Assembly: GCA_964236955.1 (NCBI GenBank)
Contig: CAXSGP010000057.1
Span: forward strand, 1-29,873
Origin: an uncultured Oligoflexus sp.
GTDB taxonomy: Bacteria; Bdellovibrionota_B; Oligoflexia; Oligoflexales; Oligoflexaceae
Reading direction: 5' to 3'
Length of the DNA: 29,873 nt
Shown piece by piece: positions 19,661-29,873 of the stretch (the stretch's first letter is position 1; each line of letters starts with the position of its first letter). The notes beneath the pieces were generated by a model. It saw nothing but the letters and a program-made list of their open reading frames with translations. It was not told where the DNA came from and did not search any database. The translations under genes were made by a program, and so were the position numbers.

Positions 19661-20435
19661 ACGGCATTGGTCCTTTTCCCTCCAATCGTCAAAAAAATAC
19701 ATCCTTTTAAGCCTGGGTTTCCTGGGCGTTACCCTCGCCCTTGGAAAAGCCTATAGCCTCTTGAGCCATAGCTCGCTCTTCACCTTCGAAGAACGGCCGC
19801 AGCTGCAGGCTAGGCGAAGCTTGAGCGAGCAGGAAAAGACAACCATCCTCGCCCGCTATCGTGGGCTCGATGGCAGCCGACCGCAGGATCTGAAAAACTT
19901 TTCTAAAGGGCTTTATCAGACGATGGGCCTCAAATCCATTCAGCTGATTCAAACCGCACCCGATCGACTGTCGATCGCAACAGAGGCCTTTACTCCGCGG
20001 CTCGTGGCCGAGCTCGATCAGCTGCGTTTTGTGACTGACGATGGGACCGTCTTTGGTAGCCAAGGGGCTGGTGAAAGCTCCGCTCTGCCTGTCTTACGGG
20101 GGCTCTACAAAAATTCGCCCTTGGTCAAAAGTGATAATGATACGTTCATACTAAGCAACGCGAATCAGCGTATTGTCGACGAGGCTCTGCTCGCAATTCA
20201 AGAGGCATCGCGCTACAATATTCAATATCGCTCCCTTACATTTGACGAATTTCGCGGCCTAAGTGCAGAGATGCTTGAGCCTAATTATCGCATTACCCTC
20301 GGCTTTCGTCCTTTCGACAGCAAGTATTTAAAGCTGGAGAAAATCATCGAAAGTCTGAAGGATAGGGGCCTAAGTTCGGCGACGATAGAACTCGACTATA
20401 AAGGCAAAGCCTTTGTCAAAGAAACTGTACTCTAA
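19611..20435 (+). CDS. ftsQ: Divergent FtsQ/DivIB-like cell division protein
   Basis: Basic N-terminus, one TM helix, POTRA-like segment (…PDRLSIATE), VTDDGTVF, LPVLRG, and C-terminal IELDY..KAFVK; lies directly before ftsA. Confidence 0.7.
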   Translation: MAQSRKRKSLLSSQKPKRHWSFSLQSSKKYILLSLGFLGVTLALGKAYSLLSHSSLFTFEERPQLQARRSLSEQEKTTILARYRGLDGSRPQDLKNFSKGLYQTMGLKSIQLIQTAPDRLSIATEAFTPRLVAELDQLRFVTDDGTVFGSQGAGESSALPVLRGLYKNSPLVKSDNDTFILSNANQRIVDEALLAIQEASRYNIQYRSLTFDEFRGLSAEMLEPNYRITLGFRPFDSKYLKLEKIIESLKDRGLSSATIELDYKGKAFVKETVL

Positions 20436-20451
20436 GCTTTAAGGACGAGTT

Positions 20452-21630
20452 GTGCATCCAAAAAACCTTTTTGCCCTGGACCTTGGGACAACGAAGTTTT
20501 GCCTCGCGGCTCTTATGTGGCAAGGCGAGAAACCGCGTCTGGAGCTGATCGATATTCCCGCCGACGGCATGCACCGGGGGATGGTCGCCGATATTTCACG
20601 GGCCGAGCGCTGTCTCGGTGAGCTGATTGAACGCGCGGAAAAACAGCTTAATACCACCATCGATAAGGTGATTGTCGGCGTTGCCGGCTCGCATCTGCGT
20701 GGTTATATGACCTCGCAATCGGCGCCCTTGAATCGGCAAAACTGTCAGCACCGCCATATCCAAAGAATGATCGAAGAGGTCGAAGCCAAGGAAGAGAATC
20801 CTTTTCGGGAAATCCTGCACTGCGTGCCGGTCGGCTACAAGATCGATCACCGTGAGGAGATCGATAACCCTTTGGGATTTACCGGCTCCCAGCTCACCGG
20901 CCGCTTCTTTGTGATCGATTCCGACAAGGATTATCTCAAAGACCTTATCCGAATCTGCAATAGCAACGGTTTGGAAGTGATCCGTCTCTACTCAGAGCCC
21001 TTTGCCTCAGCCTCGGTGTCGGTCGACGATGAAGCCAAGCAGCTGGGGATCGCGGTGGCCGATATCGGGGGCGGCACGACCGATGGCATTATCTTTCAAA
21101 GCGGTAAGCCAGTCAATGCATTCACGATAAATATAGCTGGTTCGATGATGACCAAGGATCTGGCGGTCGGCCTCAATCTCAGTTTTGCCGAAGCGGAGCA
21201 GGTGAAGCATCACTTTGGACTCGTCTACCTCAAACACCAGGCCCAGCCTAGCCTAGCGCTCGATCCGATGGCCAAACGCGTGTTCGTCATCCTCGGCTCC
21301 CGGGTGCATGAGCTCGGCGCGCATCTGGCCAATGAACTCAAAGAGTACCGCGGCCTGCTTGGGGCAGGCATCCTTCTCACGGGGGGCGGATCGCAGGTGC
21401 ATGGCATCGACGCGTTCATGGCGGATCGCTTTAAGGTCAAGGTCAGCACCAAGGCTCCGCAGCTCACGGCCGTCACGCACTCAAGCGAACAGGTCAACTC
21501 ACGCCACGCCACCGCACTCGGCCTCCTTAACCTGGAGCTGGGCCGCTATTACAGCCAGCGTCAGCACCAGGGTTCCTGGTCGCGGCGTTACCTTGATCAT
21601 TTTGTGAATTGGATTCGGGAACTTTCCTAA
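20452..21630 (+). CDS. ftsA: Cell division protein FtsA
   Basis: ALDLGTTK, NPLGFTG, DIGGGTTD, AEQVK, GILLTGGGS, TALGL motifs and a C-terminal amphipathic helix (FVNWIRELS). Confidence 0.9.
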   Translation: MHPKNLFALDLGTTKFCLAALMWQGEKPRLELIDIPADGMHRGMVADISRAERCLGELIERAEKQLNTTIDKVIVGVAGSHLRGYMTSQSAPLNRQNCQHRHIQRMIEEVEAKEENPFREILHCVPVGYKIDHREEIDNPLGFTGSQLTGRFFVIDSDKDYLKDLIRICNSNGLEVIRLYSEPFASASVSVDDEAKQLGIAVADIGGGTTDGIIFQSGKPVNAFTINIAGSMMTKDLAVGLNLSFAEAEQVKHHFGLVYLKHQAQPSLALDPMAKRVFVILGSRVHELGAHLANELKEYRGLLGAGILLTGGGSQVHGIDAFMADRFKVKVSTKAPQLTAVTHSSEQVNSRHATALGLLNLELGRYYSQRQHQGSWSRRYLDHFVNWIRELS

Positions 21631-21645
21631 GTTCGAGTCAAAAAT

Positions 21646-21675
21646 TTGACAGCCAGCTCGCTTCATTCTTATACT
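21646..21675 (+). promoter_or_regulatory. Near-consensus sigma70 promoter for ftsZ
   Basis: TTGACA-N18-TATACT in the 190-bp ftsA-ftsZ gap. Confidence 0.6.
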
Positions 21676-21820
21676 AAATGTAGTCCTATCGTCATTTTCA
21701 GCAACTCATCCTGCGGCCCATGCGCAATTCCCCTATAAAGCTTGTCGAAAGCCTCGTCAAGCCTGAGCGGGCAAGCTGCGTGTTCAAACAGTAGATGTCC
21801 CGTTGCGAAGGAGCAGAACT

Positions 21821-23314
21821 ATGTCCGACTCAGAAAATCTCGTTCCTCCAGGTGCGAAAATCAAAGTCATCGGCATCGGCGGTGGCGGTGGCAACGCAGT
21901 CAATACAATGATACGAACCGGTATTGAAGGTGTTGACTTCATCACGGCTAACACCGATGTGCAATCGCTGCGTTTTTCGCTCGCCGCGCGCAAGATTCAA
22001 ATTGGCAAAGAGCTTACGCGCGGCCTCGGTGCCGGTGCAGATCCTGATATCGGTCGCGATGCAATGCTCGAGGATCGGCACGCCATCAGCGAGGCGATTT
22101 CCGGCTCAAATATGGTCTTTATCACGGCAGGCATGGGGGGCGGAACGGGGACCGGTGGCGCTGCAATCGCCGCCCAAATCGCCCGCGAACAAGGCGCGCT
22201 AACTGTGGCTGTCGTTACCAAACCCTTTTCGTTTGAGGGCAAACGCCGCTTAAAATATGCCGAGGAGGGCATCCGCCGCCTTGAGGAGTGTGTCGACACT
22301 CTGATCACGATTCCCAATCAGCGACTGCTGGAAGTGTCCAGTCCTGAGTTGAGCATGATTGATGCCTTTCGCATGGCCGACAATGTCCTCGTCAACGCAG
22401 TCAAGGGCATCTCCGATATCATCAATGTTCCGGGCAACCTCAATGTGGATTTTGCCGACGTCAAAACCGTCATGTCCTGCATGGGTCAGGCCCTGATGGG
22501 AATTGGTGTGGGCGAGGGTCCCAATCGGGCGAAAGAGGCCGCGCAACGCGCCATCTCCTCGCCGCTTCTCGAAGATGTCAGCATCGAAGGGGCCACGGGC
22601 ATACTCATCAATATTACGGCCAGTGAATCGCTTGGTATCCGAGAAGTCAACGATGCCTGTTCCCTTATCCAGGAAGCCGCTCACGAGGATGCCAACATCA
22701 TCTTTGGAACCGTGATTGATCCGACGGTTGGCGACCAGATCCGGGTGACTGTAATCGCCACAGGCTTTCCAAGCCTTGATCGGGAATCGCGCCAGGCCAA
22801 CGTCCAGGGCTTTAAAAACAAGCGTCCTCTGGTCACCGCCAAGCCCTCGTATCCCGCGCCAACGATGCGGCCCCAGGTTCCTAGCGACCGCAGCTTTCGG
22901 GCCGAATCCCCCACTTCGCCACAGGCTCCGCGGGAGGAACGCAGCGGCTTTGAAGAGAACCTCGCGAAGCTCACCATGCATGGCATCAGCTCGGGCGAGC
23001 GACAGCCCTTGACCCCGGCCCCCCCGTCGAGCCGTCTGGCTCAGGACGTTTCCCCAGTGCGCGAGCGCATCGGTGCCACGGTTTCGGCTCCTCACCATCA
23101 GGATGACCAGGATCTCGCTGCGATTGCCCCTTTGCATGCCAAGGATGTCGACGTCCATTTTGCCAGCAATGCTTCCGATGAGATGGATCGTAAAATCGAT
23201 GAAGCTTTAAAAATTGCGGAGCAGCTGAGCAAATCGCCTGCCCATGGCGAAGATGATGATTTGGATATCCCATCGTTTTTAAGAAAATCGAACAAAGACC
23301 TCTCGCTCTCCTAG
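21821..23314 (+). CDS. ftsZ: Cell division protein FtsZ (497 aa, long C-terminal linker)
   Basis: GIGGGGGNAV, GMGGGTGTG, NVDFADV, VIATGF and C-terminal DDLDIPSFLRK; ATG 21821 with AAGGAG RBS. Confidence 0.98.
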   Translation: MSDSENLVPPGAKIKVIGIGGGGGNAVNTMIRTGIEGVDFITANTDVQSLRFSLAARKIQIGKELTRGLGAGADPDIGRDAMLEDRHAISEAISGSNMVFITAGMGGGTGTGGAAIAAQIAREQGALTVAVVTKPFSFEGKRRLKYAEEGIRRLEECVDTLITIPNQRLLEVSSPELSMIDAFRMADNVLVNAVKGISDIINVPGNLNVDFADVKTVMSCMGQALMGIGVGEGPNRAKEAAQRAISSPLLEDVSIEGATGILINITASESLGIREVNDACSLIQEAAHEDANIIFGTVIDPTVGDQIRVTVIATGFPSLDRESRQANVQGFKNKRPLVTAKPSYPAPTMRPQVPSDRSFRAESPTSPQAPREERSGFEENLAKLTMHGISSGERQPLTPAPPSSRLAQDVSPVRERIGATVSAPHHQDDQDLAAIAPLHAKDVDVHFASNASDEMDRKIDEALKIAEQLSKSPAHGEDDDLDIPSFLRKSNKDLSLS

Positions 23315-23334
23315 TCCTTTCCCCGTGATTTGCC

Positions 23335-23370
23335 AAGCGGCCCTCCCTTTAAGGATGGCCGCTTTTTTTT
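23335..23370 (+). terminator. Rho-independent terminator after ftsZ
   Basis: Stem AAGCGGCC.TCC / GGA.GGCCGCTT followed by a T8 run, between convergent genes. Confidence 0.85.
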
Positions 23371-23401
23371 ACGCTTGAAACTTCGCTTGCCTGCCTTAGT
23401 T

Positions 23402-24355
23402 TCAATTGAGAAGGGCGGGCCTGGCCTTGCCCATCGCCTGTTCAAAGCGATGCTCGATCGGCGGCAGCTTTTCAAGCAAAGGGTTATGGGGGTCCAGCGC
23501 TTCATCTTTGACTCGGGCAAGCGTCAGCAGATCGCGCAAGGAGGGCCCCTCCATGCGTTTGCGGCCATGGAGTTTTTCAAAGATAGGGGTCAAGGCCTCG
23601 CCGATAAAGCCTTTGAGGGCTATATGATGACTTTTGCCTATGCCCTGCGAGACAGATTTGAATATCTCATCAAGTGCCAAATTCTCCTTGCCTCTGATCT
23701 CAAGTATTTGCGTGGGGCTAGGCAAAGGGGCATCGATAAGCTTGAGCAGAACCTCCACAAGATCGTCGACGTGAAGGAGCGCGATCTTTTGTTCGAAGCG
23801 CGGCACGGGGTAGATCCATGGCATCGCCATAAGGCTTTCAATCGATTGAATAAATTTATCTTTAGCGTTGATATCACTGTAGACGAGTGAGGAGCGCAGG
23901 ATGATTTTTTCGGGAATATTCGAATTGATGACCACACTTTCGGCCGCATATTTTTCTTTAAGAAAATATGATTTTGCGTAGCGCGAGGCACCCAGCGCAC
24001 TCATAAAGAGCAGCCGGCGGCTGCCGTGTTCTTGCATGGCAGCGACAAGGTTGCGAAGCATCGCGAGATTGGGGGCCTCGCCTGTCGGGGTGCTGGTGTT
24101 TTTAAGATTTTTAAAGGAGTTAGACCAGGCCAGATAGATGATTTCGTCGGCCTGGCGGACATAGGTATCAAGCTGCTCGGGACGCAACAAATCGGCAAAA
24201 ACCGGCGTCACATGGTTTAAGGGCTCAGGCAGGTGCGTATGGTAAAGGCTATAAGCCGGACGGCTATTTTGAGAGATCCGCCTCATCAAGGCTTTGCCGA
24301 TGAATCCAGCTGAACCGACGATCAGAATCTGCTTTGCTTTACGGTTGGATTTCAC
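23402..24355 (-). CDS. Atypical SDR / NAD(P)-binding protein (NDUFA9-like epimerase family)
   Basis: ILIVGSAGFIG Rossmann motif, FMSALGA, SYFLKEK.AAE, ILRSSLVY, LHVDDL; GTG start with GAGGTG RBS. Confidence 0.75.
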   Translation of the reverse strand: MKSNRKAKQILIVGSAGFIGKALMRRISQNSRPAYSLYHTHLPEPLNHVTPVFADLLRPEQLDTYVRQADEIIYLAWSNSFKNLKNTSTPTGEAPNLAMLRNLVAAMQEHGSRRLLFMSALGASRYAKSYFLKEKYAAESVVINSNIPEKIILRSSLVYSDINAKDKFIQSIESLMAMPWIYPVPRFEQKIALLHVDDLVEVLLKLIDAPLPSPTQILEIRGKENLALDEIFKSVSQGIGKSHHIALKGFIGEALTPIFEKLHGRKRMEGPSLRDLLTLARVKDEALDPHNPLLEKLPPIEHRFEQAMGKARPALLN

Positions 24356-24363
24356 AGTTCACC

Positions 24364-25437
24364 TCAATGAACAGACGGCGTGCACTCATAACCCAGTGTA
24401 GCATAAAGGCTTTGGAATTGCCTTGCCACCTCGAGCCAGCTTGGTAGAGATAACCACTGTTCGCGACAGCGTTCTTGCCAGATGTTTGGGCTTTGGGAAA
24501 GCTCCTCAATCGCCGCCGCCCACAGCGCGGGGCCCGCGCTCCTTTCCATGCGTTGGCCGGCGTTGCCGACGACCTCATCGATCCCGCTGCCGCCGGTAAA
24601 AAGAGTGGGAATGCAAAAGCTCAGGGCGCTGGCCGCCGGCAGGCAGTAGCCTTCCCAAAGGCTTGGATGAACAAAAATTTCAGTCCGATTCCAAAGGTCT
24701 TTGACGGCAGCGTCGCTCAGCGATTGATGCAAAATAAGCCGCCGGTGGTCTTTGAGCAGGGCGACACCTTTGGCATCGGTAAGCACGTGCCACTCAAAGC
24801 TTTCCGGCAGATGCTTAAGGATCTCAGGAATCATACTGAGGCGTTTATAGCTTTCGTGACGGCAAAGGGAAAAGAGCCGCAGATTGCGATTCGCCCCCCC
24901 CTGCCGACGCTCAAGCAGGGCCGGACGTCCATTAAGAATGACCTGGATCTTGTCCTTGGTGGCTGGAAATAGCTCCATTAGGGTCTGCGCTGTCCAATTC
25001 GAGACGCAGACGATGCGATCGGCTTCATCGAGGGCGCGTGGAAACTGAAACTTAAGGTAGCGACGCAAGGTTTGCGACACCCCGTCCTTGGTCAGGAAGG
25101 GGATCAGATCATGAGTGGTGAGAACCTTTTGAAAGTCTCGGGGAAGCTTTGGAATATTGTAATTGCTTAAGCCATGAAAAATATGCGGCCCGGGCTTAGC
25201 CTGAACTAAAAGGTTTGCCTGGTTTCTGGCGGCAAGCAGCGACAGGACTTTGATCCTTCCCCAGGCGAAGGCCGGAATCGCCGCCTGCCAGCGTCGGAAG
25301 GCCGGGTCGAGACGGGGGACACTCGGCAGAATCAGGGGCTCGGCGTTCAGCCTCGCTAGACCCTCGACGAGCTCGAGTGCATGGCGACCGATTCCAGAAT
25401 GTGTCGATTGCAAGCCAAATCCATCCCACAGCAGCAT
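24364..25437 (-). CDS. Glycosyltransferase family 4 (GT-B)
   Basis: SGIGRH, LTTHDLIP, ADRIVCVSNWT, YKRL, FVHPSLWEGYCLP motifs; ATG 25437 with GGGAGG RBS. Confidence 0.88.
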   Translation of the reverse strand: MLLWDGFGLQSTHSGIGRHALELVEGLARLNAEPLILPSVPRLDPAFRRWQAAIPAFAWGRIKVLSLLAARNQANLLVQAKPGPHIFHGLSNYNIPKLPRDFQKVLTTHDLIPFLTKDGVSQTLRRYLKFQFPRALDEADRIVCVSNWTAQTLMELFPATKDKIQVILNGRPALLERRQGGANRNLRLFSLCRHESYKRLSMIPEILKHLPESFEWHVLTDAKGVALLKDHRRLILHQSLSDAAVKDLWNRTEIFVHPSLWEGYCLPAASALSFCIPTLFTGGSGIDEVVGNAGQRMERSAGPALWAAAIEELSQSPNIWQERCREQWLSLPSWLEVARQFQSLYATLGYECTPSVH

Positions 25438-25455
25438 CGCAGGCCCTCCCAACGC

Positions 25456-25487
25456 AAAAAAAAAGGAAGGGTCACTTCCTCTTTTTT
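25456..25487 (-). terminator. Rho-independent terminator downstream of the atp operon
   Basis: Minus strand reads AGGAAG-TGACC-CTTCC followed by T9, with an A6 tract on the other side. Confidence 0.7.
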
Positions 25488-25597
25488 ATCATAAACGTTT
25501 GCCGATCGAGCGCTCTAGCTAAATCATGGGGCACCCGCCACGGATCGCGAACCGGAGCCTGGCCTTGGCCTTATGCCGCAGGCCGAGCGGTTCTCTT

Positions 25598-26017
25598 TTA
25601 CTTGGCTTGACTATGACCTTTGGCCACTTGAATCCGAGCTTCCGCTGCCCGCAGATTGCGATTGGCATCCTGCACGTTGATTTCAGGACTTAGGTTGCTC
25701 AGTACGGCCTGGGCTGCACGCAGGGCCTCTTCAGCCTTAGCGAGATTGATATCCCTGGCACTTTCAATGACATCGGCCAGTACGCTGACCCGGTTATGGT
25801 CAACCTCAACGTAGCCGCCCGTAATAAAGAAATGCTCCGCCGCCGCGCCGGCCGCCTCGACCACCACTTCCCCCGCTTCCAATTCAGCGATCATTGCCGC
25901 ATGGTCGGGGAGAACAGTCATGTAGCCTAGGGTACCCGGCAAGACCGCTGACTTGGCCTTTACCGAAGGCCAGGCCCGGTTGGGCGACAGGATTTTTAAC
26001 TCGAAAGTGTTGCTCAT
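25598..26017 (-). CDS. atpC: ATP synthase F1 epsilon subunit
   Basis: ILSP, LPGTLGYMTVLPDHA, FFITGGYVEV, VSVLAD and a C-terminal helical hairpin; follows atpD. Confidence 0.93.
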   Translation of the reverse strand: MSNTFELKILSPNRAWPSVKAKSAVLPGTLGYMTVLPDHAAMIAELEAGEVVVEAAGAAAEHFFITGGYVEVDHNRVSVLADVIESARDINLAKAEEALRAAQAVLSNLSPEINVQDANRNLRAAEARIQVAKGHSQAK

Positions 26018-26032
26018 AAAAAATCCTGCCAA

Positions 26033-27454
<1,422 letters not shown>

Positions 27455-27460
27455 TCAGAG

Positions 27461-28327
27461 TTAATTCAAAGCTTCCGCGCCGCTGATAATCTCGATCAGT
27501 TCTTTGGTAATCGCCGCCTGACGCGCGCGGTTGTACTGCAACGTCAGTTTCTTAATCACTTCTCGGGCATTATTCGTCGCCGAGTCCATCGCCGTCATAC
27601 GCGCCCCGTGTTCGGAAGCCAGGGTACTCAGGAGCGATGCAAAAAGACTCGTTACGATATTGCGTTCGAGCAGTTTATCGAGCAGCTTATCGAGCTTCGG
27701 CTCCACGATCAGATCCGCACTGCGGGCATCAATCGAATTTTGATTGAGGTGCACCGGCAGAAGCTGATCGATGTGAGGGGTCTGTTCCATAGCTGATTTG
27801 AAATAGGTAAATGCCACATAAACCCGATCGTATTCGCCGCTCGTGAAAGCTTCGATTGCGTCCCGGGTCAGGTTGCGCGCGGTATCCACGTTGGCTTTAT
27901 CAAGAACTTTTTCCATCTGCTTTTTAAAAGGCAAATTGTTCTTTTTACCAAAAAGGGTCGCCCGTCGGCCCGCAGCGTAAAGGTCGACCTTGGTCACACC
28001 CTTGGCCGTCTTCTCGCGAATGAAAGCCTGTACCGCTTTCGCCATGTTTGAGTTCAAGCCCCCACAGAGTCCCCGATCAGGGGAAAGCATAAGGATCAGA
28101 ATCTTTTTTTCTTCGCTTTTGCGAAGAAGCGGTGATTCCAGTCCAGCTTTTCCGGCGATCAGCTTCGATACGATTTTATCGAGAGCTTTAGCATAGGGAC
28201 GCGCCGCTTCCGCAGCGTGACTGGCTCGGGCAAACTTAGCCGCAGACACGAGTTTCATCGCATTGGTGATCTTCTGCGTGCTTTTAACACTTCCAATACG
28301 TGTCTTGATGTCCTTGAGACTAGCCAT
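27461..28327 (-). CDS. atpG: ATP synthase F1 gamma subunit
   Basis: [45 protein letters not shown] motifs; 8-bp overlap with the atpA 3' end. Confidence 0.98.
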   Translation of the reverse strand: MASLKDIKTRIGSVKSTQKITNAMKLVSAAKFARASHAAEAARPYAKALDKIVSKLIAGKAGLESPLLRKSEEKKILILMLSPDRGLCGGLNSNMAKAVQAFIREKTAKGVTKVDLYAAGRRATLFGKKNNLPFKKQMEKVLDKANVDTARNLTRDAIEAFTSGEYDRVYVAFTYFKSAMEQTPHIDQLLPVHLNQNSIDARSADLIVEPKLDKLLDKLLERNIVTSLFASLLSTLASEHGARMTAMDSATNNAREVIKKLTLQYNRARQAAITKELIEIISGAEALN

Positions 28328-29834
28328 GCGCCTTAAACCCCTTATCGTAAGCCGAGATAGCTTCTTTGAGTTCAGCTTCCACTTCAGCTAGCTTTGCGCG
28401 CTTTTCGATCTTGGTCAGCATCGCCGCGTGATGCGCCTTAAGGTGCTGGGTAAAGCCTTGCTCCCAGCCTTTGAGCTTATTGAGCTCGTAGGTATCGAGG
28501 TAGCCCTTGATACCCGCATAAATCACGGCAACCTGGAGGCCAACACTCATCGGACTGTACTGATACTGCTTGAGGAGCTCCGTAAGACGGGCGCCGCGAG
28601 CAAGAATTTTTTGCGTTCCCGCATCAAGGTCAGATCCGAACTGGGCAAAGGCTGCAAGCTCACGGTACTGAGCCAGATCCAAACGAAGCGAACCGGCAAC
28701 CGACTTCATCGCTGGAACCTGCGCGGAACCGCCGACCCGGGACACCGACAGTCCGGCGTTGACCGCAGGGCGGACGCCGCTGTGGAAAAGGTCGGATTCA
28801 AGGAAGATCTGACCGTCGGTAATCGAAATTACGTTGGTCGGAATATAAGCTGAAATATCACCAGCTTGGGTTTCAATTACCGGGAAGGCTGTGATCGATC
28901 CGGCGCCGAGGTCATCATTCAACTTACAAGCCCGCTCAAGGAGACGGCTATGGACGTAGAAGACGTCGCCGGGATAAGCTTCACGGCCTGGAGGGCGGCG
29001 CAGGAGAAGCGACAGCTCACGGTAGGCTACCGCCTGCTTCGACAAATCGTCATAAAAGATAACGGCATGACGGCCGCTATCACGGAAGAACTCAGCCATA
29101 CGGCAGCCCGAGTATGGGGCCAGGTATTGCAAGGGGGCTGGATCGAGAGCCGAAGCTGCAACAACGATGGTATATTCCATTGCACCAGCGCGTTTCAAGC
29201 GATCGACTACCTGAGCGATAGTCGAAGCTTTTTGCCCAATACCAACATAGACGCAGATAACGTCTTGGCCCTTTTGGTTCAAAATCGTATCGATACAGAT
29301 CGCCGTCTTACCCGTCTGACGGTCACCGATGATCAGCTCGCGCTGGCCGCGGCCTATTGGAACCATGGCATCGATCGATTTCAGACCGGTTTGCAAGGGT
29401 TCATGAACTGATTTACGGGCGATGATCCCAGGCGCTTTCACTTCGAGGATACCGCGCGTGGTATTGACGAGCGGGCCTTGGCCATCGATAGGTTCACCCA
29501 ATGCGTTGACAACGCGGCCGACGAGGCCTTCGCCCACGGGAACCGAGTTGATTTCGTTGGTACGTTTGACGATTTCACCTTCTTTGATACCTTCGGTGGT
29601 ACCCAGAACAGCGACACCGACGTTATCTTCTTCAAGGTTAAGAACTACGCCGCGCGTTCCGTTGGGAAACGAAACAAGTTCGCCGGACTGAACCTTGTCG
29701 AGACCGTAGACGCGAGCGATACCGTCACCGACGGACAGCACCGTCCCCGTCTCTTCAAGTTCAACCTTGCGATCGAAATTTTTGATGCGTTCGCTTATGA
29801 TTTTACTGACTTCTTCTACACGGATCTTTTCCAT
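28320..29834 (-). CDS. atpA: ATP synthase F1 alpha subunit
   Basis: [37 protein letters not shown] motifs; ATG 29834 (or GTG 29843) after AAGGAG. Confidence 0.99.
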   Translation of the reverse strand: MEKIRVEEVSKIISERIKNFDRKVELEETGTVLSVGDGIARVYGLDKVQSGELVSFPNGTRGVVLNLEEDNVGVAVLGTTEGIKEGEIVKRTNEINSVPVGEGLVGRVVNALGEPIDGQGPLVNTTRGILEVKAPGIIARKSVHEPLQTGLKSIDAMVPIGRGQRELIIGDRQTGKTAICIDTILNQKGQDVICVYVGIGQKASTIAQVVDRLKRAGAMEYTIVVAASALDPAPLQYLAPYSGCRMAEFFRDSGRHAVIFYDDLSKQAVAYRELSLLLRRPPGREAYPGDVFYVHSRLLERACKLNDDLGAGSITAFPVIETQAGDISAYIPTNVISITDGQIFLESDLFHSGVRPAVNAGLSVSRVGGSAQVPAMKSVAGSLRLDLAQYRELAAFAQFGSDLDAGTQKILARGARLTELLKQYQYSPMSVGLQVAVIYAGIKGYLDTYELNKLKGWEQGFTQHLKAHHAAMLTKIEKRAKLAEVEAELKEAISAYDKGFKAHG

Positions 29835-29850
29835 GATGGTCACGAACTCC

Positions 29851-29873
29851 TTAGCTGACGGCAAACTTTGTCA
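29851..29873 (-). CDS. 3' end of the upstream gene, probably ATP synthase delta subunit (partial)
   Basis: ...TKFAVS-TAA ends at the atpA RBS; identity is inferred only from the usual atpH-atpA order. Confidence 0.35.

Noticed and set aside
22250..23158. 302-aa antisense ORF within ftsZ
   Set aside because: Antisense shadow with no RBS or domain signal.
23330..23890. 186-aa plus-strand ORF after ftsZ
   Set aside because: Starts at the ftsZ terminator and is antisense to the SDR gene.

Overview
A ~53% GC bacterial core-genome window. The gene styles (RpoH with RpoH box, myxobacterial-type DAG-kinase, LysM lipoprotein, long-linker FtsZ) suggest an Oligoflexia/Bdellovibrionota or deltaproteobacteria-like organism; this taxonomy is inference only. 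Left to right: a minus-strand trio (ICMT-family methyltransferase, yajC, FadL/PorV-like outer-membrane barrel), a Rep-like SF1A helicase, rpoH, a DAG-kinase-family gene, the amgK-murU peptidoglycan recycling pair, a two-LysM lipoprotein, a reduced dcw cluster (rsmH-ftsL-ftsI-murF-mraY-murD-ftsW-murC-ftsQ-ftsA-ftsZ, with no mraZ, murE, murG, murB or ddl), an SDR plus GT4 pair, and the F1 ATP synthase genes atpC-D-G-A. I found no mobile element, CRISPR array, tRNA or rRNA, and I cannot support a clear-cut novel system. The best leads are the yajC operon without tgt/secD, the pruned dcw cluster with an FtsA lacking part of subdomain 2B, rpoH overlapped at both ends, and several structured intergenic regions.
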